A stretch of 64,000 bases of DNA from Isurus oxyrinchus (Eukaryota). Below the pieces are notes generated by a model. That model made no database searches and was not told where the DNA came from. It saw nothing but the letters and a program-made list of their open reading frames with translations. Shown piece by piece: positions 24,330-38,029 of the stretch. The position numbers were made by a program, and so were the translations under genes. Position 1 is the first letter of the stretch. The number at the start of each line of letters is the position of its first letter. The DNA lies in the NCBI GenBank assembly GCA_026770705.1, contig JANJGN010000038.1:7564001-7628000 (forward strand). The letters are read 5' to 3'.

Positions 24330-25790
24330 AACGATGTTTTATGGAAAAGGCTGTGGAATTGCAAGCATTATGCCCCTGTTCAAAAAATGTGGTCAGAATA
24401 ATCCCAGTAATTACAGACCAGGCAGCTTAACTTAAGCGGTGGGCAAGATTCTGGAAAGAAAAATTATTACAGATGGAATTAGCAGTCACATGCAAAAATA
24501 ATGGTTGATAAACAAGAGCCAGCATGGATTTCTCAGGGGGAAATCGTGTTTAACGAACTTGCTGGAGTTATCTGAAGAGGCGACAGAAAAGGTCAATGAG
24601 GGTAATGCTGTTTAAGTGGTGTGTATAGACTTTCAAAAGGCATTTGATACAGTGCTAATCAACAGACATGTGAGAAAAGTTATTGCCCATGGAATAAAAT
24701 GGACAATAACAACGTCGATGCAAAATTATGTGAAAAAAATAGGAGGCAGAGACTAATGGTCAATTGATATTGTACCAGTTGGAGGGAGGTTTGCAGTGGA
24801 GTTCCCCAGGGATCGGCACTGGGACCTTTGCTTGTCCTGATATATTTTAATTATTCAGAGCTTGGTGTGCAGGGGTGAATTTGAATGCTTGCGGATGATA
24901 CTCAGCTTGGGAGTGTTGTAAACAGCGAGGAGGACAGTGCAGAACTTCAAGAGGACATAGCCAAGTTGATGGACTGGGGAGGTAGGTGGCAGATGAAGTT
25001 CAATGCGGAGAAATGTGAAGTGTTGTATTTTATAGGATGACTATTTACAGACAGTCTAAATAAGGGATAAAATTGGAAACAGGGTGCAGAAGCAGAAAGG
25101 CCTCGGGTGTATATGAGCATAGATAGTTGAATGTGACAGGGTGGAGAGAGAAGTTAATGAAGCAAACGGTATACTGGGTTTTGCTAATAGGGGTATAATG
25201 TACAAGAGCACGGAGGTTAGCTGATTTTATATATGACGCTCGCGAGGCCTCAGCTGGAGCATTATGTACAGTTCTTGGCGCAACATTATAGGAAGGATGT
25301 AAACACATTGGAGAGAGTGCAGAGGAGGTTTACAAGAATGGTTCCACGGATGAGAATCTTCAGCTATGTGGATAGATTGAAGAGGTTCAGACTGTTCTCC
25401 TTGGAGAGATGAAGGCTAAGAGGAGATTTAATAGAGATGTTCAAAATCACGAGGAACCTGAACAGATTAGATAAGGAGAAGCTGTTGCTGGTCATTAAAG
25501 GATAAAGAACGAGAGGACAATGAAGCAACTGTGACGTGGGAGAAAACACTTTCAGGCAATAGTGGTTTGGGTCTGGAAGGTGCTACCTGGTATTATAGAG
25601 GAGGCAGTTTCAATGGAGGTTCAAGAAGGCATTGGATATTTGTTTTGAATAGAAACAATGCGCATGGGTACAGGGAAAAGGCAGGAGACTGACACTAGGT
25701 CGTTATGCTCATTTGGGGAGTCGGTGCAGACACGATGGGCCGAAAGGCCTCCTTCTTTGTCATTATGATTTTGTGGTCCTGTTATATTGG
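24330..25790 (+). mobile_element. CR1 LINE RT/3' fragment
   Basis: SQHGFLRGKSCLTNLL, DFQKAFDTV, GVPQGSALGP, LADDT; CR1 tail 'gatgggccgaaaggcctccttct'. Confidence 0.85.
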
Positions 25791-26590
25791 TTCTCCCTTC
25801 TTGTGTCCTTAACGGATTTTCTTTAAACGTGTTAAAACATTGGCTAGAAATAGATCTTCAGTGGAATTGATTTGGAGGCATCAGGGATCACAGAGCAACA
25901 AGCCTCCAGAGTAGTCCACAAACAAGGGTTTTGTTTTTAAACATATGTTTCAGGAATCTATGTAGCTAACAAGCAGTCAGATCTGCCTTTAGTTTCCATT
26001 GGTTCTCTAAAAGGATGTAAGCCCGTGCGACTGTGCCAGAAATCAATGTCTATGTTATTTGCATGATGCTGGTAAGCAAAGATGCAATGCTGTGCTCCTC
26101 TGGGAGCTGTATATGAGATATGCACAAAACGTTTTGAAAATTTGCTCAGCTACGCAGCACTAATTAAATAATTTCCACATTCAAATATGGTCTATTAACA
26201 ATTCTGGAACAAATGCCAGTAGATAAAGTCTTTCCTTAACAAAATGAGATTATCAGTATAAGTGGTGACCAGATGAGTGCTTACTATTACTGCAGATCTT
26301 GTTTCGAGAATGTATTTTTGGGATTATTCACATGTGTGTTTCCATTTCCTAAAGGGAATGCTTGGACCTTCTGTAACAGCTGGCGAGCCTTAACTCATCC
26401 CAGGACAAGGACAGGTTCCACAAGCCTGGTGGGTTGTCTGCGAGCTCACGGACGTGGTAAGGGCGTTTTTCTTGTTAATTTTCAAATTCAAATTGTCATA
26501 AAATATTTTAAAAATGACTGAGACAGGAAACAATCCTACTATTTCAAAAGTAGTACTAACACATAGCGGCATTCAATGTTTTCTTCTCAA

Positions 26591-26596
26591 TTTATT
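26591..26596 (-). terminator. PolyA signal of the duplicated TM2 exon
   Basis: AATAAA about 280 nt after the TM2' stop; conserved in both duplication units. Confidence 0.6.
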
Positions 26597-26877
26597 TTAA
26601 TTGATTAAGTGGGATTTGCTGAACATACTCGGTTGTTGTAATGATGCACAATTCTATTTAGCGCTGCTGCTTAAGAAAAAATGTGTTAATTTATGAGCTA
26701 ATAGAAGTAAATTAAGCAGAGTTGCCACGGATTGGCTGAGGCTATGCAGCAACCACAAGGTGAAGTGGTGTAATGGAGCAGCTGCTAATGCTGATAGAGT
26801 CACACAATCTGTCCCCAAGAGGACTTCGCCACCAAGCTTTGAATATAAAGCTGAAGGGCCCTGTGGTTAAAGAGCTG

Positions 26878-26886
26878 CTATTTCAC
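26878..26886 (-). CDS. Duplicated Ig TM2 exon (VK-stop), distal copy
   Basis: Acceptor 'tttttacactgcag|' followed by GTG AAA TAG; coding sequence identical to 43707-43699. Use in transcripts is unknown. Confidence 0.75.
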   Translation of the reverse strand: MK

Positions 26887-28094
26887 CTGCAGTGTAAAAA
26901 ATCATAGCATTAAAACCCAGTGAGTACCGCAATGAGAAAAATGATATTCAGTTCAACTGTAACGTCCGGGGTATACAACAACAACAATAACAACAATATT
27001 ATGTATAACTATCGTGAAAGATAACAATCATTCTGGGTTTGGGAATTACCCCCCGCCATCAACATTCAGAAGCCTAAGTATGGAGAATATCACTTGTGTG
27101 TCTTCTCGATCTTTAAGTCAATTATTTGTTATGGATGTTAAATACCCCACTATCATTATACAATTTTCAGAAACAAATATGACGATACTCGTGAATCATT
27201 GCTTGACTCCTAGCACACCTAACGTAGTCCATCTGCAGTTCCTATGATTGGAACATTGCATTCCAAATGAAATTTGAACGATAGTGTTTCTTTAAAAATT
27301 ACTGCTTACTCAATATGTTTGGACCAGAAAAACGCCATCCCATTAGTATTTTGATCATCCGCTAGCTTTCAATGAAATATTGACCTGGACAAAAAATTCT
27401 TTTATTCTCATGTATCTGTTCAGAACTTTCCCATTTCCACATTATTACCTTTGACTATCCCTATGCTTCAAAGTCAGTCCTGACATGGTTTTTGCGTGTA
27501 CAAGAATTGTCATTCTTTTACTGGCAAGCTAAATTAAACTGCTTTCTATTGTAATGCCATGTTCTGTTCAAAGTCTATTGCACCCTCTCGGTTAGTATTG
27601 TCAGTGATTGTATATATACTCTGCTCTGTTCCTTCTAATTCCAGTGAATTGCTTTGCAGTATGGTCTCACAAGGTGAGTAAGTATAAGCATTCTCCATTT
27701 TAATATCATGGATCATGACGTAAGGTTTAGAAAATATGTTGTTACATGAACAATATTGTAGCTGAATGGTTAAACCTACTGCAGTTTTGGGAGGAGAGAA
27801 GTGCAGCTGGTTGAAGTATAGACTGTGATCGACAGCATTGTCAGAGAGGACGGGCATGCTGAAAAAACATTGTTGTTAGTTTCTGTTTGTAATCACTACC
27901 TAATAAGCGAATGTTCGCAATCTACATTGCAAATGTGCAGTTAGGAATTTTTAATGCCATGGGGGAAATAAGGACTGAGAAAATGGCTTTGGAATGTGAA
28001 CTGAATAATATCCTTGCTCTAATTATCCTTTGCTTTCCTCATGTGAAAGCAATCTTGCTCCCAATGCTCCCTGTGCAATGCTACAGATTTTCTG

Positions 28095-28122
28095 GTGTGT
28101 GTGTGTGTGTGTATGTGTGTGT
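28095..28122 (+). repeat. (TG)n microsatellite
   Basis: gtgtgtgtgtgtgtgtgtatgtgtgtgt; the homologous position in unit B is the N gap. Confidence 0.9.
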
Positions 28123-28494
28123 ACATGAGAGGAATATTATTAAGTACATACAGATATAAACAGATAGGTGACAGGTACAGAGATGGTTAGTCGGAAAGAG
28201 AGATGGAAAAAAATGAGAGATGAGTGAAATATATCAAGTATGAGACAGAAACAAAAAAAATGTTCACACTTGAATGTGTAATTATTCAGAATTTGATGTT
28301 TAGCAACTTGTTTAATTTGAGACATGTCCGCTGTCTCCAACTCTGTATCAATGTGTCACTCTCCTACTGGACTATACAGAGGGGTCCAACATCAAGTGCA
28401 ACCATGGAATACGTCTTTATTCAAAATGATAGCTAAATAAATGGATAGATACAGTTGGAAAATCATTATAGATAAGAGAGAGAAAAATATTAAT

Positions 28495-28815
28495 AAAAAA
28501 GGAAGAATTGCATTTATGTAGCACTATTCACCACATCAGAACGTCCAGCGCCTTTTCTGTCCAGTGAAATCCTCCTGAGCTGTAATCACTTTTGTAATGT
28601 ATGGAACATGGCAGTCGATTTCCACAAAACAAACTCCGCAAGCTCAATGTGATAATGACCTGATAATCTCCTTTTCATGATGTTGATTGAGTGATAAATA
28701 TTTAACAGGGCTTCGGGTAGAACTTCCCTGTCCTTCTTCGAAATAATGTCACAGGATCGTTTGCTTCTGTCTGAGGAAGCAAACGGGACTTCGGTTTACG
28801 GTCCCACGGCAGAGG
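28495..28815 (-). mobile_element. Old SINE-like repeat, 3' portion
   Basis: 'ttgcatttatgtagcactattcaccac...aatgtgataatgacc...cttcttcgaaata' resembles an abundant shark SINE (recalled from memory). Copy at ~45430-45745. Confidence 0.5.
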
Positions 28816-28999
28816 ACAGCAAAATTTCCCGGATCAAAATTAATAAATAAACATCAAGTTTCCAACATGAATAAAATAATAAACATGAGTAAGGTGCAAA
28901 GGAAATCAATCAACTCATGTATACTAATCGAGGAGCATCTGGAGTTCCTGTGGGCCTGAGAATCTCCTGAAGTGCATTAATCATAGGAGGTTGTCATCC

Positions 29000-31900
29000 T
29001 GTCTATCTAGTGTTCAGGAGGTTAGTAAGTGGTTGGTTATCCGATAGGTTAAGGAAATGCTCACAGAACAGGAATCCTCCAGGATTGTTACATATTCAAA
29101 TCGGTTTGCAGGGCTTTGAGTAGAGCTGTCTAGTAATCATCCACGTCACTAGGGGCCAGATTTAAACAAGTCAGTGAATCATAAAGTGGAGGATTGCAGT
29201 TCTTTAGGGAACTTGACAGTCCGGGGAATTGGCCAGCGCTTCTGCCACCACCAACTTAGTTTCACTTTAGCTCAATTGTGCCAAAGTCAGTTACATCACT
29301 GAGTAGATGAAGAAGATTTTGAAAAGGAAAGGAAAATGACCAAAAGTCACGGTCCATGTTTCAACCAATGATACAGGTAGGGAAAGGATTGAGATTCTAC
29401 CGAAATAATTTCAGCACCTAGAGCACATCCTTCCTGTTGGCAATCTCCCGATTATCCCCAGTGCTACAGAACGGTTAGTGCAAGAGCAGCAAAATAATCC
29501 AGGTTTAATGTACGAATGACGAAACTGTTCAGAAGATGCTTCAAAATATGGGGCCAATGGGACCATTTGAGAGGCTGTTCGGACCTGAAGAATGTGGACG
29601 CATTGCATACAAAGAGGACTGAAATCAATCCATCGCAGGAATATTAATCAAATCGTGGTGGAGGCTTTAAATGAGTATAGCAGAGAAGGCACATCCAACT
29701 CCACTACCCCACCACCACCACCCCCTACCCCCAACACCACCCACCCAACAGATGAAGAACTTGAGGGCAGAGAAAAGTTGCAGAGAGCGTAAAGAAACAA
29801 ATTAGATTTAATTGAGGAACAGCTCCGAATTAGATAGGTTGGTGCACGGAGAATTGCAAAACAATCCAAGATCACATTGTGCCCATGTGTGTTAATTCCT
29901 GGTAAATGTTAATTACATCATTGGGCTGTAGGTACGAGAGACCACGTAGCATTATGTTGTAACTGCAGTAACAGAGACCTAGGGGAAGTGAGGGAAGGCA
30001 TGTCAATTTTGAAATCATGTCGACAACATTTTGAGGAAAGATGAGGAAGGAAAAAAAAGGAGCGAAGGTGGAACATTTACGTAATATACTTTTTAAGCAT
30101 TAGAAAGTGTTGGTGTACTTGAGAGTTCGAACACGGAATTTGTTTCAGTAGAACTGATGAATAGCAAAAACATTATTAGGTGCTAGGTGTATAAAATGGA
30201 CCACAACATAGTGGGGAGGAAATGGAGGAGCAAAACTACAGGAACATCACAGAAATTTGCGAGAAATTCAGCGTATTGGCGATAGGGGGCATCATTTATT
30301 ATACGAGGCTGAATGAAACTGTATCAAACAAAAAGACATGGAGTAACTCGTGCAATGTGGATAAGATAGTTCTCATGGTCTCTGTGTTTTACCCCCAATC
30401 AAGGAAGGAAGCAGTCGTATCTAGTTCTAAGGAATTATGTGAGGCATGTAGCAGATGGAGATAATATGGAAAATAATGATAATATCATTATGTTTAAAGT
30501 ACATATGGATTTGTAGAAGAACTAATCATATGTGAAAATATTCAACGGAAGTGGCGTTAATTTTGGTGAATGGAAAGGTGACGTGCTCCAGATGGATTGA
30601 CGTGAAAGACTAAGCAAATCACTAAATGAACAAGAGGAGGCTCTCTGAGTGGCGATAGTTTATTTTCATAAAGCAGACAAAGGGAATGATAAGAGATCAT
30701 GTAAAAAGTGGCAAAGAGCATTTGGCAATAGATTATCAGGTAATGGAAAGGTGAGTCTAAACCTCTGTTCTAAACATGTAAAGAGAAAACATGTAGCCAA
30801 AATAAGGCTGAGTCAATTAGAAAGCGAAAGTTAACTTTATTCTGGAGGTAGAGGGAGTACGACGTAGGGACTAAGTTAATACTTTGCAAAAGTCTTCAGG
30901 GAAGAAATTAACGCTGGAAATGTCACAGTCAGAAGGTGGCACTGGAAAGAAAATAAAAACAGCGGGGAGAAGCACAGATGCAAGGGAAGAAGTTAATGTT
31001 CTGCCAGTGCACAAGGTGAAAAATTCACCCAGTTGGATGGGATGCATCAGGAACGGATTAGTGAAGTAAGCATTACAATTGCAGATAGTCTGGACACGAC
31101 GTTGCAGTTCTGCTTTGATATGGGCCTAGTTACAGGAGAATGGAAGCTTATCAATAACGTACCCTGTCCAAAAAAAGATAACATTATGCAATTGAACTAC
31201 ACGTCAGCTCCCCTCGCGCCAGAGGTGGGGAATATTCCAGGAACCACAGATCAGTCTTGTCTCCAGTTCTCAGCACTAACCTTCAGGATGAAAAGGCTTA
31301 GCGACAGAAGCAATGAGAATTACTGGTATGGGACCAGGAATAAAACATTCAGTTATGTGTTGGCACTGGAAAACCTAGTATGTTGGAATAGAAACGATTA
31401 TGAGTAGATTTTAGTAAATAATGGAAAGTGCTTCCAGCACAAGAATTGCCAGCTATTTGTCTCTGGGAGGGGGGCCTCTGAATTGGGATGTACTTTATCT
31501 GCTATGCTTGTCAAGGGTTTGAGAAGTCGGAATAGAAAGCAGTACACCTCAATTTGCTGACAATGATAATTTAAGCAGCACAGCAAAGAGTAGAAAGTCG
31601 CAAGTGGTCTTCCTAAAATTAAATCAATGCGGGATTGGGGTAGGCTCTGCACAACGATATGTAAAGTTCCCTATGGAAACGTGAGGTCATCTAGTCTGAA
31701 ATTAAGGAAGATAGACGATTGTTATTTTCTAACAATGAGACGATAAAAACTGTAGAACATCTCGAATAATTAGCTTTCCAACTACGGAAATCCTTAAAGT
31801 TAGTGGGAAAGGAATACAAATAATTAAAGAAGCAAATGGATAGTTGGCTTTAACCCTGGGCATGGGGTAGTTGGAATCCAAAGGGGTAGATACCTTGTCT

Positions 31901-32420
31901 CAGTTGTACAAAGCTCTCGTTACTTTGTTCACTTCTGCGAAGCCCACATCAGGAAGTGCTTGCAGGGATGGAACAGAGATTCACCAGAACAACACCGGTC
32001 ACAAAATGGTTAAAATTATGCCTGCATGATCTTCACCTTCGGATTGTGTTGCCTGGACGATTACAGGGTGATCTAATTGAGTTACTTAAATAATTACTTG
32101 ATATGGCTGTTAATATAGTAATAAACTAAAAACAAAAATCTACCATATGACAACAACACGAAAAAAACCTTAAAAGTAGAGTTTGGTATTTCAGGGACGA
32201 ATCGAGGGAACACTTCTTTACACATTGGCTGGATGACATCTAAGACTCTCCCCTCAGCCCAAAAGGAAATTAAATGTGGAGGTTGGATGCCAATTTAAAT
32301 GCTTACAACTGCGTTTGACAGAGCTTTGTTAGTTAGGCATATTAATAATCATGAAGGTAAGATGTGCTTAATTCGCTAAAGCACAGATCAGCCACAATCT
32401 GAATGAATGAAGGAGGATGG
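29000..32420 (+). mobile_element. Old CR1 LINE, near full span but heavily decayed
   Basis: ORF1 esterase-like VHVSTNDTGR at ~29350, APE-like LGVY..P (clearer in the copy at 47064), SPSWMG..., and a decayed tail near 32400. Boundaries approximate. Confidence 0.65.
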
Positions 32421-33401
32421 TGAGCGCCACAAACTTCCCTTTGTCTTCTTCTTGACATAATATTTACTCTTCGGTTTAATCCTAACCTTAACTGTTGTCA
32501 TTTGCTAAAATTGAAGCCCAGATCTATAGTTTATTTTTCTATGATTGTGGATTTTTGGGCCAACCGACCTTCATCTTGTATCATTTGCTGATCAATTTAA
32601 AAGCTAACATTTTCTCCATTCCTTCCGTCAATCCCCTTCTCACATATTAACAATGCTCCTGTTTGGTAGTCTTCCATAGTAAATGTTTGTTTTCATCTCT
32701 CCAACGGACACATCACCTCCTATTCTTCCCTAGTCACTGCTTTCTTCGTGTCTCCACAATGATCCATTTCCCATCATTTCATAGGGTACGCTTTCCTAAT
32801 CATTTCACAGTGATTAACCTTACATCCTTGTGAGCTAGTGCTTTCCTCAACCCGCACTGTTTTCCACCTCCTAGCAATCATAATAAATGATTTTCCATTC
32901 GATTCACGTTGATCCATCTCCCATCAATCTGCAATCAATAATTTCTTCATCTCTTTACAGTGATCCATGTTTGCATGAAAATGCTTTGCTTGTGCGCTCT
33001 GCTTTCTCTCAGAGAAAACTTCTCGTGACTTCAAAAACCTCATGGTCAATGCTTCAAGGGATTTGCCATCACATCACCAACTGGTTCAGGTCATTACCTA
33101 AAGATCCAGAATCTAGAAACAATGCATCTTTTTTTTCATCATTGACATATTCTTCTGCTTAATGTGGCAATAATATTACTATGCATTAAGCCTTCTCCCC
33201 AATCTTCAAAATAGGGAGGCTTACAAAATATATAGATGGAAATTACTAATGAAACTCAACCTAACGCTGTGGGATAGGTTTAAATTATCCAAATATTGAA
33301 ATGTTTAGTTCTTCATCTGTATCTTTGCTATATCTCGGTAAGAAATTCAACTGTTGAATAAATTTACACATTTTCCCGATACTACTGCGAGCCATCTTGA
33401 C

Positions 33402-33560
33402 CTTAAGGCCTGTCACATATGAGCTGTATATCGTACTTAGAATGAACAAAGTGACGAAAGTGACTACTGTTGATGCCGTGCCTAAATACTCGTCGAAGTT
33501 TTTTTAATCCGTCTTCCTCTACCAATTGGTCTTCCAGACCTTCCATTATTTGAGGGAGTT
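33402..33560 (-). pseudogene. Duplicated Ig TM1 exon, distal copy, with a +1 frameshift
   Basis: 159 nt versus 158 nt for the proximal copy; 13 substitutions plus one extra base in an A7 run. Acceptor intact (ttctag|); donor is GTCAAG instead of GTAAAG. Confidence 0.85.
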
Positions 33561-34015
33561 CTAGAATAAATAAATGGAGTGTGTTATAAATGAGATCAGG
33601 TTGAATATAGACCAGATATAACACAAAGGCGGCAGCTGGCAGGGGTATGCTGCATTGGAAGTCAACGTAAAGGAACATGAAAATACCTTAAGTCGATTAA
33701 TGTAATTTTCCAAAAACATGGGTATGATTGTTGGGTGGTGACATTGGGTGTCATACAGGGTACCTAGGTCATAGGAGTGATTTTAAATGATAATGTGTGC
33801 ATCATTTGCACGTTTCCGTGAAAAATGATCAATCCCATGTGATTGAAGTTTAGTTTTTCTCCTTTAGCAGCCGATAACACCAAAATAATCAAAAATCTAT
33901 TCAGAAGGTTCACTCGGCCCCTATCTGAATAGAAGGGTGGACTCAGGCTCGAATCACTTGCAGTTCACAGGCTAAATAACCTAACAGATCATCAGGAAAA
34001 TGGGGCGGAGTCACA

Positions 34016-35345
34016 GAAGAATTTAGGAGGTCTTGTCAGTAGCAGAACCAGGCACACCAGAAAAAGAGGTGTCAACCTGGGGGAGCTATAACACAGGACT
34101 GCTTGCATGCCAAACAGCATAATCAGTAAGTGATAGGCAGAGCTAAGCGATCCCGCAACCAATGGATCAGTTCTGCCACATGCAGTTGTGAATCACGGTG
34201 GACAATTAAACAACTCACTGAAGGAGGAGGCTACAAAAACATTCCCATCCTCAATGATGGAGGAGCCCAGCACATCAGTGCAATAGATACTGCTGGAGCA
34301 TTTGCTGCAATCATCAACCAGAGTTGCCCAGTGGATGAGCCACCTTGGACTCATCTGTACGTCCCCAGAATCACAGATGCCAGTCTTCAGCCAATTCGAT
34401 TCACTCCACGTGATCTCAAGAAAAGGCTGAAGGCATAGAATTGTACAAATGCGACGGTCCAGGAAAATATTCTGTCAATGATACTGATGACTCGTACTCC
34501 AAACCTTGCCAGGCCACTAGCAAAGTTATGTGCTAGTTCATCTACAACACTGGGTTGCTCAGGATAGTGACCTCGGCCCAACCACCTTCAGCTGCTTCAT
34601 CAATGACCTTCCTTTCATCATAAGCTCAGAGGTGGGGGTGTTTGCTGATGATTCCACAATGTAAATACACAATTCGCGACTCCTCTGATGCTGAAGCAGT
34701 TCGTGTCCAAATGCAGCAAGACCTGTACCGTAACCTGTTTTGGACTGACAAGTAGCAATTAACAATCGTGCTACTCAAATGACAAGCTATGTCCCTCTGC
34801 AACAAGGGAGAATCTAGCCACCAATCATTACCAATGACATTACTATCGCAGAATCCCCCGGTATCAACATCCTGGGGGTTAACATTCACCCGAAATTGAA
34901 CTGGCATATAAATACTTTGACTACAAGATCAGGCCACAGGCTAGGAATCCTGGGACGAGAATCTCACCTCCTGACTCCGCAAAGTCTGTCCACCAATCTA
35001 CAAAGCACAACTCAGGAGTGCCATTGGATACTCTCCACTTGCCTGCATGTGTGCAGCTCTCACAGCACTCAAGAAGCTGGAGAACATCCAGGCAAACCCG
35101 CCCACTTGATTGGCATCACATGTGCGAACATGTACCCCCTACAGCACAGTAGCATCTGTGTGCATCATCTACTAGATGCACTGCAGGAATGCAACAGGAC
35201 TCCTTCGACAGCACCTTCCAAGCACATAAGCTGTGGGTCCACCTACACCACATGGCTGCAAAGCCGCTCACCAGCTCAAGGGCTATTAGGAATGGACAAT
35301 AAATGCTGGCCAAGCCAGCGAAACCCACATCCTGTGACTGAAAAG
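34016..35345 (+). mobile_element. Duplicated 3' part of the tRNA-headed LINE
   Basis: Homologous to 15362-16850 (WTIKQLTEGGG, IPILNDGG, same 3' end). Confidence 0.85.
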
Positions 35346-38029
35346 TATATGCCAGGGAATCCACTGTCTCTGGCACTTTTAGACGCCCAAGTTTAATGCC
35401 ATCACGCCCTGGGAACTTGGCGGATTTCCGTTTTTTTTGTCTTCAGTAATTTTTCTGTTGATATAAATTACCTTAATTTATTCACTCTTATAAGCACTTA
35501 TGTTAACTTATATTCCTGGTGAGCATCTTGTAATTTCCATTGTGAAGGTACTCACCACCTCTCTGTGCAATTTCCATGCCATCTCGTCATTCCTGGTAAC
35601 AATTTCCCCTGACACTAGTAAGTGTTTACTTCAGTTACATTCATTTTTTAACTAGTGAAAGTTTTTACAATCTGTTTTATGCTCCTGTCTAGTGTGCTCT
35701 GCAATTGAATGCTTTCCCCCCTTTTTAACAACTTTTGGCTGATCCTTTCATTCTTTGTAATACAATCTTAATCCTCAGTCTTGCTCCCACTCTTTGCAAC
35801 ATTATACGTTTTTCTTTTTAATCTGATACCATCTTTACTTCCTGAGTAATACTCGGATGTGATTTTTCTTGTTGAGTTTTTGGTTTTACAATCGAATGAA
35901 TTTTGTCCAAAAATATGAATTGTTCCTTGAAATTGTTCCCACTGTTTATTTACTACCATAACTGTAATTCGTTTACCCCAACCACACTTACTCAGTCCTC
36001 TCCTCATTCCTAAATAATTGGTTTTATTTAAATTGAATGTTATTGTTTGGTAGAATATGTCGCTCTCAAGCTTAACGTGGAAGTTAAATGCATAACGATC
36101 AGCAGCTCCCAGTGGATCTTTAATAATGTCCCATTTTCTGCGAAGCATTGTTCCAAGAAATAATCATCTTCTTGACGACCCTTGTCAATTTGTTATGCCT
36201 TATTTTTATGAGGATTAAAATTCCCCAGTTTTATTAAATAGCCTTTGTGACAGGTTCCAATAATTTCTTGTTTAATGCTCTTTGCAACTGTTAGGTTCTC
36301 CTAGTGGATGTATAACCTACTCCCACCAGGGTTTACTGACTCTCTTTGTCCAAAATATTCACCTAACCAGATTCCACTGCATCATCTTCTGATCCAAGGC
36401 CCTTGCTCACTAAGGTCCTTATGCCATCATTTACTATCAGTACCGCTTGGCAATTCAGTCTGCATTTGAAACATATTGCGTAGCCTGGAATACTTATACT
36501 ACAACCTTAGTCACCGTGCAGCTCTGTTTCTGTATTGACGAATAGCTGTTAGTTGTTTATCTCGATTTGTGACAATAGTTCATCGACTTATCGTTTGTGA
36601 GTGTATTTCTGTATCCTGACAAGGATAATTTAGTTTAATTTCGGCGACTATTGCCTGAATGTTATTTTTTCACTTTCTGATGCAGGATTACTGTTCAACT
36701 CTTTGCACCTTCCTGATCTGCTCTGCTGGTTTTTAGTTTGTTCCATTGCCTTGACTTTTATCTTCATATTTCTATACCTCCCTTCACACAGACTCTGCTC
36801 CCACCCTACATTTGACGAAGTAACAGAAACCCTAGTTATACAGTTCACCATGACACTGCCAACAACCATGTTTCAGCACAGCCTGTGCCAATTGAACAAT
36901 CCTATCTTTAATGGGTGCTTGTGCCGCTTCCCCATGAATGCCGTCTTTCGGCTCATTCAAGTAGGCCACAAGCACATCTGTCTCTTGGGCAAATTCAAGG
37001 GCTCTGAACTCACCATCAGTATCTACAGCATACTGATCCCTGCCTATCTCACAGTCATAATCCGCTGTCTCTGGTAATTGCAAGACTCTAACTTTCTACT
37101 TGGCCTAAAGGGCTGAGAGAGGTTCCTGGAACACAATGTCTGGATAGCGATCCCCCTCCCAGACGCTACACAAAGTCTGGGTCTCTGGCTTCTGCTTGTG
37201 GTCGAATGCCTTTAAGGAGCCTATCTATAACTACTGTACACTATCAGAGAGTTTGCGATGTACATGCTCAATTAATCATCACGCTGAAGATATGAGCAGC
37301 TCGAGGGACAGGACCTGTCAGCGCACTTGCAGAGATTGGTGCATGTGGTTTCACCCCATGAAATAAAAGAGCCCACATAATTGTGTTACCAATCTTCTTG
37401 GTTGTGGTATCTGTGTGTCGCAGAAACCAAAACATTGCTCAATAGATCAGAGGCGAAATCTCTTGCCACAGATTTAGTTTTTTGGGATTGCAATCATTCC
37501 ACAGATTCTGATGTTTTTGAATTAAAGCACGCCAGTATGACTGTCATGGCTGAATAATCTTATTTAATGAACAAATCAATTATATACTAATTGATACAGC
37601 TAAACTAGTAGCAAGTTATCCCCCATAGATTTTTGGCAGAAAAAAACCTACCTGCTACTGAAGGCCCCAGAATGGTACAAAAAGTGCATCTCCTTCTTCC
37701 TTTGCACCGATTTCCCACTTAAACCAAATTCCCAAATTGGCTTTTGTTCCTCGTCGCAGGCAAGCCTTGTCATCTCACTTTGTCATCTCACACTGTATAA
37801 TTCTCTCGAGAGAGCAGATGGCGCAAACCAAGATGCAACTGCTAAGTCAGCTGTCTGCTCCAGTAAATAACATCTATTCAGGTAGCAACTTTCAGTTGGC
37901 TGACTGATAACTGAAAGTGACATAGGCGTTTCTGTTAACTATGCCTGTTAACAAGCACACCTAAGTTTCATATCAGAGAGTGACTGCTAATCTGAATTCT
38001 ATCTTGAGAAACACTTAGCGGAGATATTC

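Larger units (their letters stand above)
15362..34015 (+). repeat. Tandem segmental duplication, unit A (18,654 bp; distal copy of the TM cassette)
   Basis: Colinear with 34016-52549 throughout. The junction 'ggcggagtcaca|gaagaattt' at 34015/34016 joins sequence matching 52538-52549 to sequence matching 15362 onward. Confidence 0.95.

Noticed and set aside
27671-27683. Strong plus-strand splice donor AAG|GTGAGT (also at ~44490)
   Set aside because: I found no convincing upstream acceptor or coding exon on the plus strand.
32806-32845. CACAGTG heptamers (also ~49630, ~49681, ~55545) as recombination signal sequences
   Set aside because: No nonamer at 12 or 22/23 spacing and no V, D or J coding segment; the variable region would lie upstream, beyond 64000.
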